IMG/VR virus record: IMGVR_UViG_3300033146_001559
Span: 1 to 55,560 of that record
Direction: 5' to 3' (one strand)
DNA length: 55,560 nucleotides
DNA from: a virus
Taxonomy: Duplodnaviria > Caudoviricetes
The notes beneath the pieces are model-generated. The model saw only the letters and a list, made by a program, of their open reading frames with translations. It ran no database searches and was not told the DNA's origin. Below are positions 37,730 to 46,714 of this stretch, one piece after another. The translations under genes were made by a program, and so were the position numbers. Position 1 is the stretch's first letter; the number at the start of each line of letters is the position of its first letter.

Positions 37730-38380
37730 ATGAGCGATCTTTCAAACATCTATAATATCAGAAAGGCTGATAATAGCTATAAGCGTCACGGGTTTTCGAA
37801 ACAACACCACCTACGCCCTATTAAAATTGGCCCAGAGCCTTATAATAGTCGGATCCTTCGGGGCATCTACTACATGACGTCAACTACCATTCCCGCCTTA
37901 AAACGTGAAGCTATCGACGTTAATTTTATCGGCGTGCCGCTTAAAACCCAAGGACAGCTCGAATTTGGGGGTGGGGAGACAACCATTGGATTCAAAACGG
38001 CAGGGGATTATCTAGGGCGAAATGCCATCGAGCAGTGGATGTTCGAGATGGGTAATCCTGTTACTGGTGGGGGGACATTCTGCACTGGCGATGATTCAAC
38101 TATTCAGTATGCTCTTGTCAATGAACTCGGGAAAGTGGTTCGCGGTGTGGAGTTTCATAGTATTTTTCCTACTAATGTTGGTGACATTTCATACTCAAAT
38201 GAAGAAGTTGGCGTGACTACATTTGACGTCTCATTCGCATATAACTACTGGCTACCACTCGATATTTCGAATATCGATCTTGGTGATGATCCAGATGCGC
38301 AGAACCCAACAAAGATTTACGACCAATACGAAAAACTGATTGACGAACGGGATACCAGTGATAATCCATGCGAGGTTTAA
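37730..38380 (+). CDS. gp19: Tail tube protein (gp19-like)
   Basis: STTIP...VNFIG, R.AIEQW, IFPTNVGDISY...TFDVSFAYNYW. Confidence 0.85.
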   Translation: MSDLSNIYNIRKADNSYKRHGFSKQHHLRPIKIGPEPYNSRILRGIYYMTSTTIPALKREAIDVNFIGVPLKTQGQLEFGGGETTIGFKTAGDYLGRNAIEQWMFEMGNPVTGGGTFCTGDDSTIQYALVNELGKVVRGVEFHSIFPTNVGDISYSNEEVGVTTFDVSFAYNYWLPLDISNIDLGDDPDAQNPTKIYDQYEKLIDERDTSDNPCEV

Positions 38381-38844
38381 TCACTGCGTAAAATAGGGGT
38401 GACGTCTGACACTTCAACCTCACTAGCACAAATACCCCATGGTAGTGGGGTATTTGTGCTAATAGAAAAAAATGCATCTTCAGTTCTATCCCTAACATAC
38501 AGACTAAGGCACACACTTTCGTTTAGGTTTGCCCGTTTCCGATCTTCATGAATGTCTAACAGTGACATTCCGTTTAACAGTGTGAGCCACCCCGAGATTT
38601 CTTTTGTATGTTGGGCTTCAGACGTTGTGGGGTGTGACGTCCAATGACATTTCGTGTTAATATCTACATAGTATTCATAGAATTCGCCGTAGTCATGCAC
38701 GTATTCAATCGTCGACCCCACCTCATTCATAATAAATCCGTCGTGATCCGAAGACCACCTAATTTTATCAATTGGTTGATATGTCTTAATATTCTTCCAT
38801 TGTCCGTTCAGGACAATCTGTTTAAATGTTTCAAAATCTTTCAT
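38377..38844 (-). CDS. Hypothetical protein
   Basis: 155-aa ORF. Confidence 0.5.
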   Translation of the reverse strand: MKDFETFKQIVLNGQWKNIKTYQPIDKIRWSSDHDGFIMNEVGSTIEYVHDYGEFYEYYVDINTKCHWTSHPTTSEAQHTKEISGWLTLLNGMSLLDIHEDRKRANLNESVCLSLYVRDRTEDAFFSISTNTPLPWGICASEVEVSDVTPILRSD

Positions 38845-38913
38845 ATTATATACGCACTCATTTGAGTGCTGGGATTAGGGTATTATGTCTTCACTAACAT
38901 GTAAAGAAAAACT

Positions 38914-39222
38914 TCACGAATCATCTTCCTTAATGAAAAAATCAAAATTTGTCATGAAAAGGGCGGCGAGTGCTAGGAAAAGACCACGGCTGTCATTGCG
39001 ATCAGAGACCATCTCATTCACCAATTCGTTAATACCGCCCACTCCTTTGGGGAAAAGGGACGCACCCATCTTGAATCTGTATTTGTCATAGATGGCCACA
39101 TCATCAACCTCAAGATGATCTATGAACCATTGTTCCCATTCCGATGCGGTAATTTGTGCCACCGTCGTCCCATCGGGTTCTAGCCCTCGGGGTTCCTCCA
39201 TGATATCATCTAGATTATTCAT
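38914..39222 (-). CDS. Hypothetical protein
   Basis: Translationally coupled with the upstream ORF. Confidence 0.5.
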   Translation of the reverse strand: MNNLDDIMEEPRGLEPDGTTVAQITASEWEQWFIDHLEVDDVAIYDKYRFKMGASLFPKGVGGINELVNEMVSDRNDSRGLFLALAALFMTNFDFFIKEDDS

Positions 39223-39631
39223 TGGTGGCAGTTGTAATGAATTGTATGAAAATATCGTTCACGTGCTTACATTTGGGGTTTTTGCATGTAAACTGACACA
39301 TGCCGAGGTGAAATCTGGTGTTGGTGGTTTTCTTACAATATTGGCATTTGAAATCTGCTGATATATCCCACACCCGTTCGGCAACTAGCATCTTCATAGA
39401 TTCTGTTTGTGCGTTTATCTTCTCCGTTTGGAGTTTGTTTTCTCTGGCGATCACCACACCAGCACCAAAGATCAATATTAACCATATTACGACCAACAAT
39501 ATCCCCACTTCGATTCCGACACCCAATAAGCTAGAACACACAACAACCATTAGCACACACAATGATGTGATAATGGTTGATTTATTAATTGATCCCATTA
39601 CATTAATTAATGTCAATTCCCGTGGTGTCAA
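39215..39631 (-). CDS. Two-TM membrane protein with C-terminal zinc ribbon
   Basis: Two hydrophobic helices; CQYC...CKNPKC. Confidence 0.55.
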   Translation of the reverse strand: MTPRELTLINVMGSINKSTIITSLCVLMVVVCSSLLGVGIEVGILLVVIWLILIFGAGVVIARENKLQTEKINAQTESMKMLVAERVWDISADFKCQYCKKTTNTRFHLGMCQFTCKNPKCKHVNDIFIQFITTATNE

Positions 39632-40528
39632 TCAAAAAAGACCTAGATCCTGAATTGAGAATATGGATTCCCATTTTGTGATTGTGTCTGAAGAAAATCC
39701 ATATTTACGATATGCTTTATTGAGCATATGACTGGGGGCTCGCTTACTATCCAGCTTTAACTGCATAAGAATTGCTTTAACTTCGATTGGTGGTAAAGGT
39801 CGAGCGTTGAGATCGATAACCTCAACGGCTTCTTGGATAGATTCCAATTGTTCCTGATTCAGTTTTTCCTTATCCTCCTCCCAGTTCTCCACTAATTTCT
39901 TTGCTTTGATTTCCCCGTATCTAAACAACCCCCTGATGTTATCAGAAGTATCGCCCTTAATGGATTTAAATAAAACAAAATTCTCAAGTGATACTGGGAC
40001 GTGCTCCTCGAAATTGGACTTGGTGATAATATCACGTTTTGCGGGATTATATACACAGGTAGTATCATCGATACATTGTAAAAAATCCTGATCAACTGAC
40101 ACGATCATCGTATCACCATCAAGGTATGTCTTGAGATAGTTAACAATATCGTCACCCTCCGACGAATACGGGAACACCGTCTTGATTCCCATCGAATCGC
40201 ATAATTTCTTAATATGAATACAGATATCATGAACACGGATCTTGCTTTCGCGGGAAGAATCTCGGTTCTGTTTATAAATAGGAATCACAGTATTTCTCCA
40301 ATTACTGGAAGTTTTGTCCAACTTCCTGTCCCATACAATAAAGATCGTGGTGTCATGCTCATAATAATCCTTACTAATGTGATATAGATCATTAAAGAAA
40401 CTTCGGATCACAGTCCTGTCAATACCATCAACGATGTCATTCGGCTTATGATTTTTCTTTGCGTATGAGTCTGTTCTGGCCACGGCTCGATATAGGATAT
40501 TGTTTCCGTCTATAATGATATTTTTCAT
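39632..40528 (-). CDS. rnh: T4 RNase H / 5'-3' flap exonuclease
   Basis: IIIDGNN, VWD, YKQNR, EGDD, SVDQDFLQ, GDTSDNI.G...GE. Confidence 0.9.
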   Translation of the reverse strand: MKNIIIDGNNILYRAVARTDSYAKKNHKPNDIVDGIDRTVIRSFFNDLYHISKDYYEHDTTIFIVWDRKLDKTSSNWRNTVIPIYKQNRDSSRESKIRVHDICIHIKKLCDSMGIKTVFPYSSEGDDIVNYLKTYLDGDTMIVSVDQDFLQCIDDTTCVYNPAKRDIITKSNFEEHVPVSLENFVLFKSIKGDTSDNIRGLFRYGEIKAKKLVENWEEDKEKLNQEQLESIQEAVEVIDLNARPLPPIEVKAILMQLKLDSKRAPSHMLNKAYRKYGFSSDTITKWESIFSIQDLGLF

Positions 40529-40704
40529 AGTTTGTGTTTGTTATTATTTATATACTCGTCCTCTTGGATGGATACAACCTGAGCCCAACACTCACCACAC
40601 ACCAAATCATACTCACCTTCTTTAAATTCCGATGAGAATGACCGCTGTTCTAATTGGTGTTTTTCACCACAACACTCACATGTTGTGTGTAGTTCGGGTT
40701 CCAT
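40525..40704 (-). CDS. Small zinc-finger protein, 59 aa (not in the ORF track)
   Basis: MEPELHTTCECCG...VCGECW; TTGACA-N16-TACCAT-N6-ATG; stop overlaps the rnh start. Confidence 0.6.
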   Translation of the reverse strand: MEPELHTTCECCGEKHQLEQRSFSSEFKEGEYDLVCGECWAQVVSIQEDEYINNNKHKL

Positions 40705-40741
40705 GGATTAATGGTATCATCGAGTATGCTTTTGTCAATAT

Positions 40742-43700
40742 TTATTCATCATCAAAACACACATCACAGCCAGCACCGCTATTATATGATGGTGATAGTG
40801 GTGATTCTGATGACCGAGTAAACCGTTTTCTGGCCTCTTCGGGTGTTATGTTTTCGTGCATTATGTCGTCAATAAGGTTTTGAAAATCATCGTCCGTGGT
40901 GTTACAATCAGCTATTAATCCGAACAGGGTTGGGTCAAAAAACATAATAAGTGATATTAATTTGTCTAATTTAGGTAATAAGGAGTCATTCACCATCTTT
41001 GCTAAAACTGGGGTTGCCTGTGCCATGGCATTTCCCGCCTTCCTAACGTCGTCATTCGTGGGTAATAGTGTCATTGGAGCCATTCCAAACGAATGTGAGT
41101 GTGCTGAAACGATCGATGCTGGTCCAGCGACCGTGGTTGAAACCAGATTCTGGGCTGGTATTGTTACAGAACCCTTCCCGCCTACGACTGGTAAGGTCTG
41201 TGATGGTAGAAATGAATTAGAAATGTGTATATTCGGGATGGCGTATCCATTGCTGACGGTCGTCTCTGTTCGATGGTATTCTTTGACAGCCGTTATGTGC
41301 TGGCATGTGATTGGACCCTCGACGTGCATCCCGCCCTTTATCGTTAAATTTCCAGAGACCCCAACCGTTCCATCGAGTGCGATATTCCTGTATGTTTTGC
41401 CGCTCTTCGTAGTGGTATTCCCCGAGATCGTAACAGTATCAGCCGATATATGTAGGTGCTTGCCTCCGTGAAGTTTTATAGAATTTTTACTGGAAATATT
41501 AATCTGGTCACCGAATAGAGCCGTTAGTCTGCCCTGAAGCGTGAGTGGCCCTAATGTCTGTAGTGTCGCTCCATTAGACCCAACGGCCACCTGCCACTTG
41601 TTAGCGGCTTTCATGAAGTAGTCACCGCCCCCAATTGACGGGACGGGTGTCGATTCTAAATGTGGCACGGGCTCCATCACAACGGACGTTGTTTCCCCAC
41701 TGGATGAAGCTTGAACTCCCGACATGGCCAGACCCCCTTTTGGGTCGAGTTTAATGGAGGTCAAATCATTCATAACACCCCCAATTAATACGGTTTTTGA
41801 TTTAGTCACATATTCAATATCAACCCCACCTTCACCCAAATTAGTCTCCGCCTCATTAATTTTGGGGGAAGCCATTGCCAACGTGCTGGGAATCGATGCT
41901 CTGGATTGATCTGGCATATAGTCACCGCCCAAAGATGATGGACTTGACCCTGTCCCGTCGCAGGTTGAACATGTTTCGGTGTTTTGTGTTTTTACATCCT
42001 GATCCGTCACAGCTCCGTTTAGACTTTCCGTCGTTGAAGATCCTGCTGAAGCCGTGGCTGGTAAGAACGTGGCTGGCTTATTAGAAGTGGTCGGGGTGCC
42101 CGCCCCTTTACACACAGGGCATTTGGCGGGGGTTCCGACTTTTGTTTGTAATGGGGAACCGTCCTCTTCGTGGGGTTGATCACATCGCTGGACACCGAAT
42201 GTTCCTAATCGTTCACTCAGTGGTTTCAATATGGTCTTCAATTCTTCGGTATACCTCTGTGCGGCTGACACATCTCCACAAAATCGGGTATGGTTGCCCA
42301 TCATTATCTGCTCCGTGTCCCCCCCTGCATAACTAGTGTGGTTGCCCTCGACCGTAGCCCATTTATCACCCAATGCCAAACTGCTATAGTCCAACGGGGA
42401 GAATATGGACGTCCCGCCTTTGTGCATTAGTATCGAACTGCCAGTAGCCGATGCTAAGTTGACGGATTGGTTCCCACTTGATCCATTAATTTCCAATGAC
42501 CCCCCACGCGTGTTTATGACGGACTTCTCGCCGATGGTCTCTGGGGAACCGTCGGGTAAATCAGCAGCATTATACACGCTAGAGTAATCACCCGCCGACG
42601 GGTTTAGTGCAAGTGCAACGGGGGCGTGTGGGCTACCACCCTCAAACATCGTCCACACCGAGGCACCGTTATTGGGAATCGTGAATGACCCCTTAGCCGA
42701 ATTCGAATAGCTGTCCGTTCCATATGCGGTGGAAAACGGACTCGCAGATGATGCGAGTGGTATGTCGGTGTAGTCCAATCCAGCTGAAACATAAGCGGAT
42801 ACTTTCTTCTTATCATCCACCGACACATCACTCAACACATCATCCCACAACTTTGTTCGCCCCTGTTCTAATGTGGTGATATTATCACGCTGGTCTGGCA
42901 TCTGTGGGGTGCGGGACGCTAGTCGCCGAGCCTCAAATAAAGCTTTACCGTTCTTAATGATATCTTCTGCCGCAGACTCACTACCGACCGATATGAGAAG
43001 TGCTTTATCACTAACCTCTTCTGGGTGCAGACCCACCCCCACGCTGGTGAATCGATCCTTGATCGCGGTTCCCTTCATTCGTTGCAGGGCGGGAATAATG
43101 TGGTCTAGCGCAAATTGTCGCTCCGAGGTGCTAACCCCATTCCACTTGTGCTCGGCCCCCTGTGCTGATTTGGTATGGGGTGGTAAAAAGAAAGCATTTG
43201 GAATTTTACCCAAAGTCCCCATTAATATGGCGGCATATTCAGCCGCATGATCCCTGATGGCATTCATAGCGGGTGTGTCATTATCAAATGGTTCCGTGTG
43301 GTAGAACCCCTTCATACCACCCCCATTCGATGTTGTGGTTCGGATTGGATTTGATGAAATATGTGAGGATTTTGTGTTCGGTGCATACCGTCGGAAAAAG
43401 GCCGAGGTCGCATTTACCCACTCCATAGCTAGATTACGGTCGGTTGGGGATATATTGTCAGGAACAACGATCAATATCCCAGCACTACCACCAGCATCAT
43501 TAAAATCTAATGATATAGGCGTTCCTAATTTTCTACAACCATCACCACCACCCAAATCATCACGCGATACTGATTTAACTGGAACCACTGTGGTTTGTAG
43601 ATAAGACGCGCTGGCCTTCTGTGTGGTTATCGCTCGCGGTTGATTGGGTGATGACTCACCCTGCACATAGCGTGTGGTAGACGTAGTCTGTTGGACAGAC

Positions 43701-44572
43701 GTGGATGTAGTCCGTCTCGTATTCTTATGATATAAGCTACCCCCTTTCTTCAAAGTTCCCCAATATTTAGAAACCCCATTACCATTTCCATCCGATATTC
43801 TTTTTTCGGAAGCCAGTCGTTTTGCTATAATCTGTATGGCATATCTGGTGTTTTTAGCAGGATCAAATAGCTGTTCGTCGGTAAACTTCGTATCACTTAT
43901 CCCATTGTTTGTCGCATCACTGGCCGATAGCTGGAATAATCCGAGAGACAATTCCGAGTCGGTGCCGTGGCGACCCTTGGCGCGGCCATCCTTGCCGATG
44001 ATTTTATTCCCGCTCGGATCCAACTGAAAGTCCCCTTCGTTGTTAGTCTCAAACCCCGACTCCACTTGACATAATTCCACCAAAAAATCAGCCCAACTCT
44101 CCGCAGACCCATCAATACCGTAAGTGGCACCATCAACTGGCGTAACCCCAGAAAGCTGAGAACCACTGACCGCTTTGATAGCGAACCGTCTCAATGCCTC
44201 GGGGTCAATTACGGGGTTCCCTTTTTTATTTTTACCGATGACTGGTAATCTCCCAGAAAAGTTCAGCAAGTCACCATCACCGTTCGTGCCACGGGGTGAT
44301 TGAGCTTCATTCGTTAACATATCAACCCCACCTGATCCGCCCGACCCGAACATTGATTGTCCCACCGAACTCCAAGGGAGTGATTCCTTAAACCATGCTA
44401 GATTTTTGGGGGATAAACCAATAATTGCGCTTTCGGTTGGCTCGGAATATGGATCATCCGCAGTTCCAGTTCCATGCACCTGTGGGACCCATATCTTAAC
44501 TCTACCGCTCTTAGTCGGGTCACTGTTATCGATGATGACCCCCTTGTATAACCCATAGTGCTTTTCACTCAT
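40742..44572 (-). CDS. gp5: Baseplate central spike (gp5-like) with inserted lytic domains
   Basis: YKGVIIDNSDP...GRVKIWVP OB fold; SLT motifs VESGF/SLGLFQL/DPAKN; beta-helix repeats; HSH tip motif. Confidence 0.85.
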   Translation of the reverse strand: MSEKHYGLYKGVIIDNSDPTKSGRVKIWVPQVHGTGTADDPYSEPTESAIIGLSPKNLAWFKESLPWSSVGQSMFGSGGSGGVDMLTNEAQSPRGTNGDGDLLNFSGRLPVIGKNKKGNPVIDPEALRRFAIKAVSGSQLSGVTPVDGATYGIDGSAESWADFLVELCQVESGFETNNEGDFQLDPSGNKIIGKDGRAKGRHGTDSELSLGLFQLSASDATNNGISDTKFTDEQLFDPAKNTRYAIQIIAKRLASEKRISDGNGNGVSKYWGTLKKGGSLYHKNTRRTTSTSVQQTTSTTRYVQGESSPNQPRAITTQKASASYLQTTVVPVKSVSRDDLGGGDGCRKLGTPISLDFNDAGGSAGILIVVPDNISPTDRNLAMEWVNATSAFFRRYAPNTKSSHISSNPIRTTTSNGGGMKGFYHTEPFDNDTPAMNAIRDHAAEYAAILMGTLGKIPNAFFLPPHTKSAQGAEHKWNGVSTSERQFALDHIIPALQRMKGTAIKDRFTSVGVGLHPEEVSDKALLISVGSESAAEDIIKNGKALFEARRLASRTPQMPDQRDNITTLEQGRTKLWDDVLSDVSVDDKKKVSAYVSAGLDYTDIPLASSASPFSTAYGTDSYSNSAKGSFTIPNNGASVWTMFEGGSPHAPVALALNPSAGDYSSVYNAADLPDGSPETIGEKSVINTRGGSLEINGSSGNQSVNLASATGSSILMHKGGTSIFSPLDYSSLALGDKWATVEGNHTSYAGGDTEQIMMGNHTRFCGDVSAAQRYTEELKTILKPLSERLGTFGVQRCDQPHEEDGSPLQTKVGTPAKCPVCKGAGTPTTSNKPATFLPATASAGSSTTESLNGAVTDQDVKTQNTETCSTCDGTGSSPSSLGGDYMPDQSRASIPSTLAMASPKINEAETNLGEGGVDIEYVTKSKTVLIGGVMNDLTSIKLDPKGGLAMSGVQASSSGETTSVVMEPVPHLESTPVPSIGGGDYFMKAANKWQVAVGSNGATLQTLGPLTLQGRLTALFGDQINISSKNSIKLHGGKHLHISADTVTISGNTTTKSGKTYRNIALDGTVGVSGNLTIKGGMHVEGPITCQHITAVKEYHRTETTVSNGYAIPNIHISNSFLPSQTLPVVGGKGSVTIPAQNLVSTTVAGPASIVSAHSHSFGMAPMTLLPTNDDVRKAGNAMAQATPVLAKMVNDSLLPKLDKLISLIMFFDPTLFGLIADCNTTDDDFQNLIDDIMHENITPEEARKRFTRSSESPLSPSYNSGAGCDVCFDDE

Positions 44573-44607
44573 GGGAGTAATTATGACGTAATATTAGTTT
44601 ATCAAGT

Positions 44608-45591
44608 TTATTCTAGTGGTGGTGGGTAACTACCTACGTTTACTGCGGTGTTGTTACTCGGGCTGTGTAGAACTCGCCCGAGTATGTCAACGGCTACATC
44701 TGCGCCATTGACGTGTATCGTCCGTATCCCAATATCAAATGAGTATTCGTGGCGGAGTGGGTATATGACGTTATTCAGAAGAAGCAATTCGCCATAATGT
44801 CTAACTAAGGATGCCATATATGTCTTTCGGTTATCCAGAATATGCATAAATCCAAGAACGTCGTTGGCAAAGTCAAACATATGTGCCAGTGCTTCATCCG
44901 TAATCTGATACATTTTCCCATATGCACAGCGAGGCATCATTCTCATCATAAAATATTCGAATTTTTTAGCCTCTTCGTGTAATCCAATCATATATTCTGG
45001 TATAATACGAACCATTGATTGTTTATTCAACATTGTGCTCAATCCAGTTGAATCCATAACGTCCTGCATAACCCCGTCCACCAATTCGATCGCCCTGTTC
45101 GGGATATTTAAATTATATAGTGTGTCGCCTAGAGTGTCGGGTATATTGACTAATGCTGGTAGGAACGACAGCTCATCCAAAATAGCAGAATTCACATCAG
45201 GGGGTAACACCTTTCTGATAGTAGATGCATATGCCCTCTTTAGACCAGCGGACATCTCCCCCAGTGTTGGGGTTTTGTTTGGATCCATGATCCCATCGAT
45301 ATTTGCTGCGATGTCCACTAATTCATCGGCAAGCTCCGTCATCTCACTTATAAGTGCGGTGAATTCCGATGACCCACCAAACAAATCTTTAACTAGTGAT
45401 ACTAATTCTGAGCTACTGCCAGTCGTTTCGCCGTGCAACTGTTTCACATAGTCAGCTTTCTCCTCGGGAGTGGCAACCCACTGATGCAGTGCATGTAATT
45501 CATCGATCATTGTTGTCGTGGTCAGCCCATCGTTCGATGGGAGCATAGCTGCTACCACCTCCTGTCCGACCACTTTACTATTTTCCCCCAT
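44608..45591 (-). CDS. Late hypothetical helical protein
   Basis: TAAATA-N5-ATG; adjacent to gp5. Confidence 0.55.
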   Translation of the reverse strand: MGENSKVVGQEVVAAMLPSNDGLTTTTMIDELHALHQWVATPEEKADYVKQLHGETTGSSSELVSLVKDLFGGSSEFTALISEMTELADELVDIAANIDGIMDPNKTPTLGEMSAGLKRAYASTIRKVLPPDVNSAILDELSFLPALVNIPDTLGDTLYNLNIPNRAIELVDGVMQDVMDSTGLSTMLNKQSMVRIIPEYMIGLHEEAKKFEYFMMRMMPRCAYGKMYQITDEALAHMFDFANDVLGFMHILDNRKTYMASLVRHYGELLLLNNVIYPLRHEYSFDIGIRTIHVNGADVAVDILGRVLHSPSNNTAVNVGSYPPPLE

Positions 45592-45626
45592 GATACTATT
45601 TATTGGGGATCGTTGTAATTACTTAC

Positions 45627-45917
45627 ATGTTTGTTATTGAATTTATCATCCTTATACTCAGTTCACTCGGCCTTATTAATATTTTAGTATATTCCCTCCT
45701 AATGGAGGGATATAGGTCCCTTATTATAAACATATTTACCCGATTTGGTATCGGGGAGTGGGGTGAATACCTAGTTAATTGTCCATCGTGCTCTGGTGTG
45801 TGGGTTGGTATAGTGCTGACGATTATATATATCAATGGATTTATCATATGGACACTACCACTAAGCATAAGTTTCCTCGGACTGTTAGGCCAGCTCTATT
45901 TTTTCCCAATGGAGTAA
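45627..45917 (+). CDS. DUF1360-like membrane protein
   Basis: L..CPSCSGVWVG motif with TM helices; TAATTA-N5-ATG. Confidence 0.6.
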   Translation: MFVIEFIILILSSLGLINILVYSLLMEGYRSLIINIFTRFGIGEWGEYLVNCPSCSGVWVGIVLTIIYINGFIIWTLPLSISFLGLLGQLYFFPME

Positions 45918-46714
45918 TTATCTATCAGATATTGTGTTCGGGATAATACTTGGTCTTTTGTGGCGATTGGCATTTTCAGTGGATCACACCCGAACTTGGA
46001 GCTAAAGTGTTCAGCCCCACTTCGCATCGCATCCGCCCACTTCGCGTCATGACGGATCACTGATTCGAGAAAACCATTGTCAATATTCCTAATATATTGA
46101 CGGGAATCGGCGATATCAACGAACCACCCCCAGTGATTTGCCAAACCCTTGGTAGATTGTGTCTGGTAGTAGTCTATATGCTCCCAACAATTTTGATACC
46201 CCTCATCATGATATCCAACCGCCTTGATTATATTACGATGTATATACGAGAAAGCGGCCACACGATTTTGAGTAAAAACTACCCCATTAGTATCCCCAAC
46301 ACTTATACTGTTTTTCACTTTCGGCATTCCATCCGTTTCGAAGTTGGCGATACCACTCCATGCATGACATAGAGTGCCCCAAATACCAAACTCCGAGGCC
46401 GTCTGTATATAAGCATCAAACACATCACCGTCAGTGATGGATACATCATCCTCCTGAAGAAAAATGTGATCATATCCTTCACTAAACATCCGCTCCATTA
46501 ATCGATTTTTTGCAAACCCAATGGTTGCACGAGCATCGTATGGTAAGACTTCCACTAGATCGGTCGTTGTTGCGTATTTTTTACCAATTGGGGATGAATC
46601 AAACACAAACACTTTATCAATATCCCCGAACGGGGTGGTGTCGATAATCTCGTCATAAAACCCCTCCCTCATGCACGTAATGATACCCAGCGCCTTTTTG
46701 TTACCTATTTTCAT
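45896..46714 (-). CDS. Glycosyltransferase family 2
   Basis: GIITCMR, IGFAKN, DHIFLQEDD, VGYHDE, WEHID. Confidence 0.82.
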   Translation of the reverse strand: MKIGNKKALGIITCMREGFYDEIIDTTPFGDIDKVFVFDSSPIGKKYATTTDLVEVLPYDARATIGFAKNRLMERMFSEGYDHIFLQEDDVSITDGDVFDAYIQTASEFGIWGTLCHAWSGIANFETDGMPKVKNSISVGDTNGVVFTQNRVAAFSYIHRNIIKAVGYHDEGYQNCWEHIDYYQTQSTKGLANHWGWFVDIADSRQYIRNIDNGFLESVIRHDAKWADAMRSGAEHFSSKFGCDPLKMPIATKDQVLSRTQYLIDNYSIGKK

